From: Myxococcota bacterium
Lineage (GTDB): Bacteria > Myxococcota_A > SURF-8
Assembly (NCBI GenBank): GCA_965140415.1
Contig: OZ223209.1
Coordinates: 4,896,001 to 4,960,000 of the forward strand
Direction of reading: 5' to 3'
DNA length: 64,000 nucleotides
Position 1 is the stretch's first letter; the number at the start of each line of letters is the position of its first letter. Below the pieces are notes generated by a model. It made no database searches, was not told the origin of the DNA, and saw nothing but the letters and a program-made list of their open reading frames with translations. Made by a program: the position numbers and the translations under genes. Of the stretch, positions 32,301-40,612 are shown piece after piece.

Positions 32301-32689
32301 GGACAATAGCAATTCTGTGCTTGGTCGCCATCGCCGTCCACAGGCTGGTCGCCATCCGTCGTATCGCCATCGACATCCTTGTCGCCATCGACAATCTTAT
32401 CTCCGTCGGCCTGATCGCCATCGGCATCTTTGTCACCATCGGGTGTCGTGGAATCGGTATCCTTGTCAGCAGGAGCCGGGAAGTCGCCATCGCTCAGTTC
32501 TTTGCATACCCCATCCATAAAGAGGTAGCCGGGATCGCATACGCAAACACCATTTACGTAGGAGCCATGCTCCCCGCAATCCATGGTATCGCCATCGGTT
32601 TGATCGCTGCCGGAGGAACACGCCGCCACCATAAACATCAACAAACCGATCAACGCAGCACGCCCGAATCGAGCGGTCGTTTCCATCAT
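29330..32689 (-). CDS. Cys-rich, Asp-rich lipoprotein (~1120 aa) with tandem C-x2-D-x2-C-P repeats, DGD repeats and a C-terminal poly-Asp tract
   Basis: Lipobox VAA-C after a hydrophobic stretch; many C..D.DCP...YC modules; about 15 Asp codons at 29351-29395; G-rich SD before ATG 32689/32686. Confidence 0.85.
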   Translation of the reverse strand: MMETTARFGRAALIGLLMFMVAACSSGSDQTDGDTMDCGEHGSYVNGVCVCDPGYLFMDGVCKELSDGDFPAPADKDTDSTTPDGDKDADGDQADGDKIVDGDKDVDGDTTDGDQPVDGDGDQAQNCYCPGITGTFCIEPDLDTPTENPMGLKRIQIQPGTTAGCNLYIKVFTADQFVFFDVVTCEPDGRVRVKNDNVNCVLSMQDQDDQVSLFCDPYLLNFNTMYCVTDGDVDVDPDLPGDADPDLPGDGDLDLPGDADPDTPPGDIDSDSPVDGDLDMPPGDPDELPPDGDFEWDDDWDGASFCIDHPDCPDYYYCDFTTFLCAPGPCHPPELECEPGYECNPDDGFCVWVGIDGDLDIDLTDIDLNSGVCQVDAQCPWGKYCNTILHECEYECSDTIACPQGSTCRLERGRCEPDSQGDQDMGQSCEYDTDCPNCQYCDYSIGAHCTVGCCFDSECPTCYDCVHGRCQLDLNCGSDGDTEGDAPGSCTEQTVVQDCGVGWSCCEGNCCRECVSLEDCANYGNSGIDYICNEFGMCEPPPPECVIDDDCEFRHFCNNGFCDQICASDDDCWGGWYCNDVGRCEEIVADGDYIFCTEDVNCPFRYRCDTQAQKCISDCLSNDDCPGEDNVCSMLGECVPRPPDGDLDAGETTDWPVVINCVTDDECPDYQYCNVASQVCTSDCKPPRDGCYPEQYCSLRGHCVVCGVGDIDCDDLAPTDYDIDQACTVLEDCPSLYYCNEEGRCETECLPSCPENSYCASETMRCTPYGPDGDLELPFPRYGGPCFNDDDCEENFTCPVEGVKLCTQECLLNEHCQDGEWCGENNLCNSGAYNCNEYGDIACPKGLYCDSNLDKCTADCFGDNQCPEGSVCDNRGRCQGGDADTAYSYHTCDQGPEGVCYYYSRCEEGICVTDCAYPDLGCSPGEFCGLEGRCEVSQGSAGDKRAVDTCFTDEECNQGFHCDMLNSRCISECTSDDQCSLPRTCNKERGRCEARTISCDGPADCPRGSFCSIGQMVCYADCFLNEDCPPDEICDGRGKCSGSDEDRIHLYPTCQNDTHCPKGSYCDGSVCALTCIGYDGCAAGEICGDRGICLVIVSDDDDDDDDDDDDDDDESDGDK

Positions 32690-32770
32690 TATCAGTCCCC
32701 CCTGACCTTTATCGTTCCACGCAATCATTACCTACTCACCTGCTAGGGGCCTTACCCCGGCGTTAATGCA

Positions 32771-32786
32771 TGCAAAAATCATACCT
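32771..32786 (-). promoter_or_regulatory. Putative sigma54 (-24/-12) promoter upstream of the Cys-rich lipoprotein gene
   Basis: Minus strand AGGTATGATTTTTGCA has GG-N10-GC spacing with TTGCA at -12. Confidence 0.45.
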
Positions 32787-32798
32787 TACACCAACCCA

Positions 32799-33263
32799 TT
32801 AGCGACCTCGCTTGAATGCGTCCTTTCGCTCGATCTTGTAACTTCCCATGCGCTCTTCTTGCAATGCTTTGATCTCGTTCAGCTTTTCATTCTTCAAGAT
32901 CGTGACCTTAACCGCCACATGCAGCCCGTCATCACCAATCCGTTTTTCGATGGTTACGGGCTTGCCGGGTAGAACCAACTTGGCGGAATCAATGGAGATT
33001 GCCAATCCTTCATCCGATGAAAACTTGGTTTCATCGTTCAACCAGATCACCGCCGGCCATTCGACCAGATCCAGCAGCAATTTGTCCTGGTATTCGAATA
33101 CTTTTTTCACTTCCCCTGTAATTTGTTTCACATCCGGGTCGCTTTGACTCGCTGCGTTATCCGCCAGAGCCGGGATGGAAACCACCCAAAGCGCCACGAT
33201 GCAACAGAGGCTCACAAGCCCCAAAAGGCTGCGTCCGCGATTCCTATCAATCGGGTTATTCAT
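32799..33263 (-). CDS. Small secreted hypothetical protein, possibly OB-fold/DUF5666-like
   Basis: AGGAGG SD, signal peptide ending ALA-D; lies 11 nt after the pilY1 stop; ITGEVKKV...IWLNDETKF...GKPVTI pattern. Confidence 0.7.
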   Translation of the reverse strand: MNNPIDRNRGRSLLGLVSLCCIVALWVVSIPALADNAASQSDPDVKQITGEVKKVFEYQDKLLLDLVEWPAVIWLNDETKFSSDEGLAISIDSAKLVLPGKPVTIEKRIGDDGLHVAVKVTILKNEKLNEIKALQEERMGSYKIERKDAFKRGR

Positions 33264-33274
33264 GCGTCGCCTCC

Positions 33275-36200
33275 TTATTTCTTGATCCGGTAGATTGCCG
33301 TCCGGGTCTGATCGATTTCCGGCAATCCGGCAATTTGAATGCGAACAACCGGTTTATCCGGACCGGTTTTGACATAAAGCACTTTCGAGTACGGATCGAC
33401 ATCCACGCGGGACAGGATCGAGCCGGTGAACTTCTGCCCGGCATAGGCTTCTGTATCTGAAATAGCATCGGCGCTGGTCACGAGTTGATCCCCGGAAACA
33501 TCCTGGATGGCGAAACTCGGGTTACCGCCATGCTCGGCGGACACCGTCATCAAATAGCCACCGCCGGAATCATCCACCGCACGGATATCGCAGGTACCCT
33601 GCATGTTGGGGGTGAAGGTCGTGAAGAACAGAACCCATTCCCGCTGCAACGCGTCACCGGAGCTGCGGAACATGTTTTCCTGCTCCCAAACCACCGGTGC
33701 AGTAATAATCTTCTCACCACGGTTTTCGTAGTTATCGAAAGTATCGGAGTTGAAGCTCGTGCGCCAACCATTCCAGCCGTCGGAAGGAAGATCCCCGGAA
33801 TTGACACGCGCGATGTAGCGAACTCTCACCGGATCCGTCGTTCCAGGGAACGTCTTCCAGTCGTCCACCACCTGATTGTGCAGTAATTCTAAGAACTTGA
33901 CACGCGCCGTATTTCCTGAACCCTTAGAAGGAGTGAGTTCATTGTCCACAATGCCGTACATATCCTGATAATCCCGAATACAACCGGCACCGTATGGCAG
34001 CTTCATGCACTCTTCGTCATCGGGATTGCGTTTGAATTCATCGAAACTGTCGTAAAATGCATCGTATTTTCCAGTACCGAAGAAGACCATCAGCTTATCG
34101 ACATTGGCTTCTTTGCCCAAAAACTTGTCTTTACCTTCGGGATTTCCCGGATCGGTGGTGCGCCAGACAACGGGCCGCACGGAAATGGGACGCGGATACT
34201 TGTAGAAGGTGTAGGTCTGGGTGTTGTCACCGGGAGCAACCAGGGTGTTTAAACGAGTGTTTTCAACCGTCATTTCGAAATCCGACAGATCCAGTTCGCT
34301 ACTACCACCTGCATCTTCTCGCATGGTGTTGAACAGCACATAACCAGTCACATTCGAGCGCGAGGAAACCGGAGCATCGATGTTGAAGCGCAGCAAATGG
34401 CCAGCCAGATCGCCGATGTACACCACATCCTGCAATCCGTCGTCATCGTAATCTCCAACTGTTGGCGAACTGAGCACATTGCCTTTAACACCAAGAGTCG
34501 CCTCGTCGCTGGACAGGCCGATCATCTGATCGTCTGTATTATCGACGTGGATGCGCGCAAGTTTCTTGGCTTTTTTCGTTCCCGATTCGACATCGAACAT
34601 GTCGATGGCGTAGAAGTAGCCTTCCTTCAGCAACTGTGCAGCGCTGTTTTCAGCATAGCCGGAACCGAAAAACACCAGCCATCTCAGAGGGATGGGATCT
34701 CCTTCATCGATTGTAGCCGTGGTCGCCTTGAACGGTCCGGAAGTCGGAATCGAATAGGTCAATCCCAGTTCACTGTCGGTGTAATACCACATCATCTCGA
34801 CGCGGTCAGAACCGGTGCCGGAGCCGGCAGGAGCCAAGTGCCCCTTCGGCGCAGTAATGTCGAACGCCCAGTAATGATCGCCACCGCCACGGCTACCCAC
34901 CATCAATACCGTGCGCCAATCTTGGGCGGAATAATCGTAAGCATCATGCACCACGGGGCGCAGATCCATCATCGGGGTACGAAGTTGCTCGTAAATCGGG
35001 TGAGCCAGATCTTTCAGCTTGGGTAGGACATCCCAGGGAGTAAAGGCCCAGATTTCATCGCCGCTTTCCACTTCGAAGGCATGCAGCGCGCCATCATTGG
35101 CCGCCACTAACAGAATCGGTACACGGAATCTGTAATCGTCCGAATCGAAATACGTACTATAATAATCCTCTTCCGCGCCAAAATCCTTCCAGCTATTGCT
35201 CGGATGCGCACCGATGTACACCGGGTCGGCGTGGGCGATATCACCCATCAGCCAGCGATCGGAAAGATCTGAATCGTAACGCTCGCGCAACAACTCGATT
35301 TCCGTCGGCGGGTCCGTACCCAAAGCATCCGGGTTTAACGGTCGGTGCAGGTCGTAGTCGTGCGATTCGTTATTATCGATCACCTTCTGTGCAACCGCCG
35401 CCACACCGGTGTCGTAGGTCAGTGAACCCAACGCCCAGGAGATGATATCCTGTGCGCGCTCGGCAGTATCGACTCCCATTTGAATGCGCACCTCTTCGGA
35501 CACACCGGAAGAGAGAGCACTGAACCAAAGCCGGGTACCGCTGGGGGTATAGGTAAACAGCTTGCGGCTTCCCCAATTCGCCAGCTTTTCGGTTTCCCAT
35601 TTCGGACCATCCACACAGAAGCCGAATACACAAGCTTCTCCACCACCACAACCGCTTGAGCAATGACCGGTCGCGCAGTATTTGGGACAGTTCGGTTTGT
35701 CTTCGCATTCCGCCGAATCCAGGCATTCATAACCGGCTTCGGTACAATCGGCGTCGTCTTTGCAACTCACCGGAATTTCATAGGCATAGACATGGCCGCG
35801 CCAATAACGTGGATCGAAATTGACATCGAACAGCGTCGGCTCACTCATCTCCTTGTCGCCGTTATCTTTTTCGTATTCGGTGTCATCCGATGAAACTTTG
35901 AACAGCGAACGGGTCGAGCCGTAGGTGCTTTGCAAGATCGGATCGTTGAAGGTCCAGCGCAGCGTAACGTATTGTGGTGTTGAACTGAGTTCCAGGTCGG
36001 TCCACTGTTGCGCGACGGCGTTATCATCCAGCAAGGTCAACGGAACCACCGGATAACCGGCGGCATTCTGCGCCAAAGGATTGTGCCAGTCGTATTCCGG
36101 CAACTCGTCGGTACGAATGCGCTCGAACACACTACCCCACCAACCGGCATACTGCTTGGCGGAAGGATGCAGGGCCAGTGTTCCCTGGAAGAAAGCCGAT

Positions 36201-37039
36201 CCGCCTGTACCACCCGCGATTTTGGATACATCGCAGAGATAGCAATAACCGAAGTCGTTGCCACTGGTGTAGGTGTCCGCACCGTGATAGAAACTCACGT
36301 TTTCATAGGCACGTCCCTGCGCGACGAGCTTCCAGGTGATATCGAAATAGGGTTCGTTATCCGGCTTGTAGATGTACTGCGTGACATCGAGAATACCTTT
36401 GTAGCTCGGATTGACGACGTCCAGTTCGCGAATGTAGCGCGACTGCACCTTTTCGCCGGGAACTTCACTGACCGAGTAATACTCCAGAATGTCGCCGGTA
36501 TACTGCGGGAAAATAACGCCGACCTGATTCTTGGCGATTTCAACCGCCGCCATCGAAGTGGTACCGTCCGCATTTTCATACCATTCCAGCGGTTGTGTTA
36601 AAATCGGACCGGCATACATGGTGGACCACTGACAGTTTTCCTCGCCACCCGTGCATAGATCGTCCAATCTCAAACCGATCACGGTGTTGGTCAAACCGGG
36701 GAAGGACACACCGGAACGATCCACTACCGTGTACGTCTGTACTTCGCGCACACAACTGTTGAATTGTCCGTGGTCGAAAACCGGCTGAACGGAACCGGCC
36801 ATGTGGATCAGCTTATCGTCGGTCAAAAAGCGACTGCCGCCCACTTCACCGCTGTTTCCACCTTCGGGATAAGCGCCGGTGCAGACGCCATCACGTCCGT
36901 CTAGGCCGTCCATGATGTAGTAAAAATCCCCGTTCAACCGGGAGTCCGTCTGCGCCCATCCCAATACAGGGAGCAAAAGTGCAGCCAGAACCAGAGAAAA
37001 ACCGCCTATGTATCGTTTTGCTTTCATGCCAGGCTCCAT
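33275..37039 (-). CDS. pilY1: Type IV pilus tip adhesin PilY1 (PilC beta-propeller)
   Basis: MGDIAHADP, AANDGALHAF...GDEIWAF, WRTVLMVGSRGGG, Ca-binding DYDDDGLQD...GDLAG, FFGTGK and FFTTFTP motifs; signal peptide; follows pilX with a TGATG overlap (alternative start 37027). Confidence 0.9.
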   Translation of the reverse strand: MEPGMKAKRYIGGFSLVLAALLLPVLGWAQTDSRLNGDFYYIMDGLDGRDGVCTGAYPEGGNSGEVGGSRFLTDDKLIHMAGSVQPVFDHGQFNSCVREVQTYTVVDRSGVSFPGLTNTVIGLRLDDLCTGGEENCQWSTMYAGPILTQPLEWYENADGTTSMAAVEIAKNQVGVIFPQYTGDILEYYSVSEVPGEKVQSRYIRELDVVNPSYKGILDVTQYIYKPDNEPYFDITWKLVAQGRAYENVSFYHGADTYTSGNDFGYCYLCDVSKIAGGTGGSAFFQGTLALHPSAKQYAGWWGSVFERIRTDELPEYDWHNPLAQNAAGYPVVPLTLLDDNAVAQQWTDLELSSTPQYVTLRWTFNDPILQSTYGSTRSLFKVSSDDTEYEKDNGDKEMSEPTLFDVNFDPRYWRGHVYAYEIPVSCKDDADCTEAGYECLDSAECEDKPNCPKYCATGHCSSGCGGGEACVFGFCVDGPKWETEKLANWGSRKLFTYTPSGTRLWFSALSSGVSEEVRIQMGVDTAERAQDIISWALGSLTYDTGVAAVAQKVIDNNESHDYDLHRPLNPDALGTDPPTEIELLRERYDSDLSDRWLMGDIAHADPVYIGAHPSNSWKDFGAEEDYYSTYFDSDDYRFRVPILLVAANDGALHAFEVESGDEIWAFTPWDVLPKLKDLAHPIYEQLRTPMMDLRPVVHDAYDYSAQDWRTVLMVGSRGGGDHYWAFDITAPKGHLAPAGSGTGSDRVEMMWYYTDSELGLTYSIPTSGPFKATTATIDEGDPIPLRWLVFFGSGYAENSAAQLLKEGYFYAIDMFDVESGTKKAKKLARIHVDNTDDQMIGLSSDEATLGVKGNVLSSPTVGDYDDDGLQDVVYIGDLAGHLLRFNIDAPVSSRSNVTGYVLFNTMREDAGGSSELDLSDFEMTVENTRLNTLVAPGDNTQTYTFYKYPRPISVRPVVWRTTDPGNPEGKDKFLGKEANVDKLMVFFGTGKYDAFYDSFDEFKRNPDDEECMKLPYGAGCIRDYQDMYGIVDNELTPSKGSGNTARVKFLELLHNQVVDDWKTFPGTTDPVRVRYIARVNSGDLPSDGWNGWRTSFNSDTFDNYENRGEKIITAPVVWEQENMFRSSGDALQREWVLFFTTFTPNMQGTCDIRAVDDSGGGYLMTVSAEHGGNPSFAIQDVSGDQLVTSADAISDTEAYAGQKFTGSILSRVDVDPYSKVLYVKTGPDKPVVRIQIAGLPEIDQTRTAIYRIKK

Positions 37040-37560
37040 CAAATCGAGCGACGCGTTTGCGTCTCGATCGTTTGAATGTGCCGAATATCGACCTGCGTAC
37101 CCGCAGTAGTATCCTCGCGAATCACTCTTGAATCGACCTTGTAAAAGTATGTCTTAAGCGCCGTGCCGCCTTCCTGCGCGCTAACACGCCCCTCACGGTC
37201 ACCCTTGATCTCCTTGGCGATCAACTTGATGCAATACTGCACGCGCTTTGAAGTCTCATCGGGGTACCAGTGGGTCGAGCCGGGATTCGCCGCATCGCAG
37301 GAGTAGCCCTCCATATCCGGGTCGGTAGAGGTGACGATCGCCCTGCGGGCAACTTGAATCCCCGCCTCGGCCCAGGCCATCGAAACGACCGAGCTTTCAA
37401 AACCCTGGGCGATTTTCATTTCCTGCACGGCCATGTTCACCGCCACCACGCCGATCATCGACATGGCGATCAGCAAAACCAGCGAAGCCAGTAACGTCAG
37501 CCCTTTGCGGCCTCGCAATACCTGGCCCATGCTTACAGCGCCTGTTTCCGGTTTTGTCAT
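37039..37560 (-). CDS. pilX: Minor pilin PilX
   Basis: Class III signal RKG|LTLLASLVLL lacking Glu5 (PilX/GspK trait); AEAGI motif; lies between pilW and pilY1. Confidence 0.85.
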   Translation of the reverse strand: MTKPETGAVSMGQVLRGRKGLTLLASLVLLIAMSMIGVVAVNMAVQEMKIAQGFESSVVSMAWAEAGIQVARRAIVTSTDPDMEGYSCDAANPGSTHWYPDETSKRVQYCIKLIAKEIKGDREGRVSAQEGGTALKTYFYKVDSRVIREDTTAGTQVDIRHIQTIETQTRRSI

Positions 37561-37576
37561 TCGTTTGCTCCCGCTT

Positions 37577-38647
37577 CTATGAGCCGCTTGGCGGCATGTA
37601 AGACGCCATGTTCGGAACATGGACGATTTTCTGCATTTTCACGTAATTGTGACGACAGTTCTCATTCGTCAACTGGATCGCGCGATCTCCCAACACATAC
37701 TTGGTTTTAACGTTGCCACGCGCGCAATCGTTGGCGGTGATCATCGGGTTGATGTACTTGGAACGCACCAGAACTTCGATCTTGACCGCACGAATCTTTT
37801 CTCGATCCGCAAGTTGCAGCGGCAGCCCGGTAGTCATGGTTGGCAGGAAGTCATCCTGATCGTCTAGCAGATAGGAAATCTGCATGTCCTCCACGCCTTC
37901 GCTCAGGACATACGTGCTGTTCTGCGAAACCAGACCCGGCGCCACGTTGAGATACTGGGTGTCACAGGGATCTTCCATGTTGTCGCGTACACAGCGTAAA
38001 AGCTGCTTGGCTTCGTTCACGGCAAAACTGTAAAAAACCGCCTTACGCACAACTACGGCTCCGGCCGGAACTGACCCTCCTTTGACCGCGATATATTCGT
38101 TAATAGGAAGCTGAGTGGGATCGTCACCCAATGCATCCACCTTCCCGCTCCCAAGGCGCTGGCGTCTCGCATCGAGCACTTCCACCGCCATGCCGGTACG
38201 AAGCGTATCATGCCCTTGCTCACCATCTACCGTCAATTGGCATACGTCACCAGAATTACAGGTAGTTTGGGTTGCTACAATCGCCATGCCGCCGGGGCTC
38301 ATTTTGAACTGGATAACATCCGGGCTGTTGTTGTTGTTGACGATTTTGTTGGTGAAGGTCATTTCCTGTTCAGGATGATCCCCACCAGTAACGTCTTCAT
38401 GCGCCTGCGTACCGAATCCCGCCATGATCAGATCGTTGGACATGACGTCCAGCACGGCGCGCCCGATCTGCTGCACCATGGAAACCTGGTTGGTAGACTG
38501 ATGCACGCGGTTACTGTTGATGAACAGCGCGAAACCCGCTCCCATCACGATACTGGACAGCACCATCGTGACCAGCAACTCCACCAGCGTCAGACCGCGT
38601 CGATCGCCTGGCCGCCCTTCGCTCATATGTTTACCCGTAATGATCAT
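37577..38647 (-). CDS. pilW: Minor pilin PilW
   Basis: RRG|LTLVELLVTM prepilin motif; DLIMAGF, VEDMQISY and IRAVKIEVLVRS motifs typical of PilW. Confidence 0.85.
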   Translation of the reverse strand: MIITGKHMSEGRPGDRRGLTLVELLVTMVLSSIVMGAGFALFINSNRVHQSTNQVSMVQQIGRAVLDVMSNDLIMAGFGTQAHEDVTGGDHPEQEMTFTNKIVNNNNSPDVIQFKMSPGGMAIVATQTTCNSGDVCQLTVDGEQGHDTLRTGMAVEVLDARRQRLGSGKVDALGDDPTQLPINEYIAVKGGSVPAGAVVVRKAVFYSFAVNEAKQLLRCVRDNMEDPCDTQYLNVAPGLVSQNSTYVLSEGVEDMQISYLLDDQDDFLPTMTTGLPLQLADREKIRAVKIEVLVRSKYINPMITANDCARGNVKTKYVLGDRAIQLTNENCRHNYVKMQKIVHVPNMASYMPPSGS

Positions 38648-38664
38648 CCTCTTGCTCCCCCGCA

Positions 38665-39210
38665 TTAGATGATTTGTGCCGTGATCGGCACGGAATCGAT
38701 CGTGATGGTTTCCTGACGGTCTTTCAAATCCGAGCGGTCGACCCAACGCACTCGAATCGAAATCGTTTTCCACGCACCAGGCTTTGTCTGATCGCCCTGG
38801 TCTTCGATCTGCCAGGAAAGCCAATATCTGAAATCGTTATTAAGAATTTCCGCATCCGGGTAGAGCAACTGAAACTGCGTTTTGTTCAACCCTGAACTGT
38901 TGACCGCTTTTTCTGCCGTCCAACCGCTGCCGTCTCCCGCAACCTCCACACTCGGATCCGGGTTATTGATGGTTTCCTTCAAGCCGATATCTACAGTAAC
39001 CTGTCCGGTGTTGGGATTTTGTGTGTAATCCATGCCGTAAAACTGCTCCAGTCGCGAGGCCAGGATCGAAGCCGCCATGCCGCGATCTTCACCACCGACG
39101 TTTCCGCGCATACCCAATACTTGCAACGAAGCCAGCGCCATCAGCCCGATTCCCAACAGGGCTACGCTCATCATGACTTCGATTACCGTGTATCCTCGTT
39201 TCTGCGTCAT
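38665..39210 (-). CDS. pilV: Minor pilin PilV
   Basis: KRG|YTVIEVMMSVALLGIGLMALASLQ prepilin motif; KTISIRVRW near the C-terminus; gene order. Confidence 0.85.
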   Translation of the reverse strand: MTQKRGYTVIEVMMSVALLGIGLMALASLQVLGMRGNVGGEDRGMAASILASRLEQFYGMDYTQNPNTGQVTVDIGLKETINNPDPSVEVAGDGSGWTAEKAVNSSGLNKTQFQLLYPDAEILNNDFRYWLSWQIEDQGDQTKPGAWKTISIRVRWVDRSDLKDRQETITIDSVPITAQII

Positions 39211-39238
39211 TTATTCGCTCCCTTGTAGAGAATCGCCT

Positions 39239-39772
39239 TTAGTTGGAGACTTCCGCACCCATCAACAACTCCGGCAAACCGATGAAGCGCAGGCTGACTA
39301 TGGCCTTGGGGCCGCCGTCCTTGCAACTTTCGGCGCCATCTTCAGACTGACAGACTGTTACCGACACCGCAGTGGGTGTTCCATCCGTCTGCACGAAATT
39401 TCCCTTATAGTCGAACATGCCGCCCTGATAGTTAGTCGGCAACAGAACCACTTTATTTCGATTAACGGCCACTTCTTCGATCAGCGCATCCTGACCGTCG
39501 TCATAGGTGCCACTGTTATTGCTATCCAGGAAGGTCTGGATCACGGTACCATCGGTGGTGCGCACAAAGATAACCCGGCCACCTTCGATTGCCTGTTGGC
39601 GAGCCGCCTGCAAAATCGATGTAATCTCCCGAGCAGGAGTATTGACATACGTTCGCATCGGCTTGGAACCCATGGTCGCCAAAGCGAATGCCGCCGTCAC
39701 GCCAACGATGGCCATGACGATCAACAACTCCACGAGAGTGAATCCGGTTTGCTTGTTGAACTGTTGGAACAT
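39239..39772 (-). CDS. fimU: Minor pilin FimT/FimU (GspH-like)
   Basis: QTG|FTLVELLIVM; LQAARQQAI; FLDSNNSG; FDYKG motifs; first gene of the minor pilin cluster; AAGGAG SD. Confidence 0.8.
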   Translation of the reverse strand: MFQQFNKQTGFTLVELLIVMAIVGVTAAFALATMGSKPMRTYVNTPAREITSILQAARQQAIEGGRVIFVRTTDGTVIQTFLDSNNSGTYDDGQDALIEEVAVNRNKVVLLPTNYQGGMFDYKGNFVQTDGTPTAVSVTVCQSEDGAESCKDGGPKAIVSLRFIGLPELLMGAEVSN

Positions 39773-39828
39773 CGGCAAGCTCCTTCGTCGCGTCTGAAAC
39801 GCATACAATTAGCCCATTCCACTATACA

Positions 39829-39844
39829 AGCAATTAATATACCA
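39829..39844 (-). promoter_or_regulatory. Putative sigma54 promoter of the fimU-pilVWXY1 operon
   Basis: Minus strand TGGTATATTAATTGCT matches TGGYAY-N5-TTGCW with exact GG-N10-GC spacing, about 57 nt upstream of fimU. Confidence 0.6.
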
Positions 39845-39960
39845 AAGAAATGGAGAATTGTGAAGGGCTTTCGTTCGCTCGGAAGGAATTAATTTTTGCA
39901 GTTGTTTTGAAGACTTAAGCGGAAACAACAGGAAATTCGGTTCGTAACCTATATATGGAG

Positions 39961-39999
39961 AAAAAAGAGCGGCCACAAACCTCTGCCTGTGACCGCCTC
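39961..39999 (-). terminator. Probable intrinsic terminator after the PilE-like pilin
   Basis: Imperfect GAGCGGCCACA...TGTGACCGCCTC stem with a T6 tract on the minus strand. Confidence 0.55.
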
Positions 40000-40055
40000 A
40001 ACTACGCATCTTTTTCATAGTTCCTGCAATTTTTGGATAGTCGACACCCGTTTAC

Positions 40056-40487
40056 CTACTCGTTCAGATCGTTTTTATCCCAGGTGAATTTTCCCTTTGA
40101 ATCCATGTACATAATGTCTTCGGTGTCGTCGTCGTCGATATTGCAGTCCGGGGGCGCACACTCGGCTTTAATTTTGTACCAGGTCGTAGTGGACTCGACC
40201 ACTTCCATGTCGTAACGAGCACGGGAATCCATACTCTCCCAGGTGCTGGGCTCATAGCCCGGAAGCGCGTCGAAATCCCCGCCTACCGGGAGATAACCCC
40301 CGTTTCTTGCTCGATAATTTTCCATGGCGATCCGAATTCCCTCTAATGCGACCTTCGCCGCCGCCTGCCGCCCACGCGCCAGTCGAGAGGTGTACATCGG
40401 GTAACCAATAGTGGTGAGAATCGCGATTATTACGACTGCGATCATCACTTCAATCAGCGTGAAACCTTTTTTTCGGGTCTGCATCAT
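40056..40487 (-). CDS. pilE: Type IV pilin, PilE-like
   Basis: KKG|FTLIEVMIAVVIIAIL; RGRQAAAKVAL...MENYRARNGGY resembles PilE/ComP; C-terminal Cys pair. Confidence 0.75.
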   Translation of the reverse strand: MMQTRKKGFTLIEVMIAVVIIAILTTIGYPMYTSRLARGRQAAAKVALEGIRIAMENYRARNGGYLPVGGDFDALPGYEPSTWESMDSRARYDMEVVESTTTWYKIKAECAPPDCNIDDDDTEDIMYMDSKGKFTWDKNDLNE

Positions 40488-40612
40488 CGACCTCAAATCC
40501 GGTTAGGGTTTCGCTGCAAAACAGCCATTTTCTCTACCATTGCAGGATTACCTGCAAAAATCATTCCTACAGCATACACTCATAGCTGGCAGCGGTAATT
40601 TTATTTGCAGTC

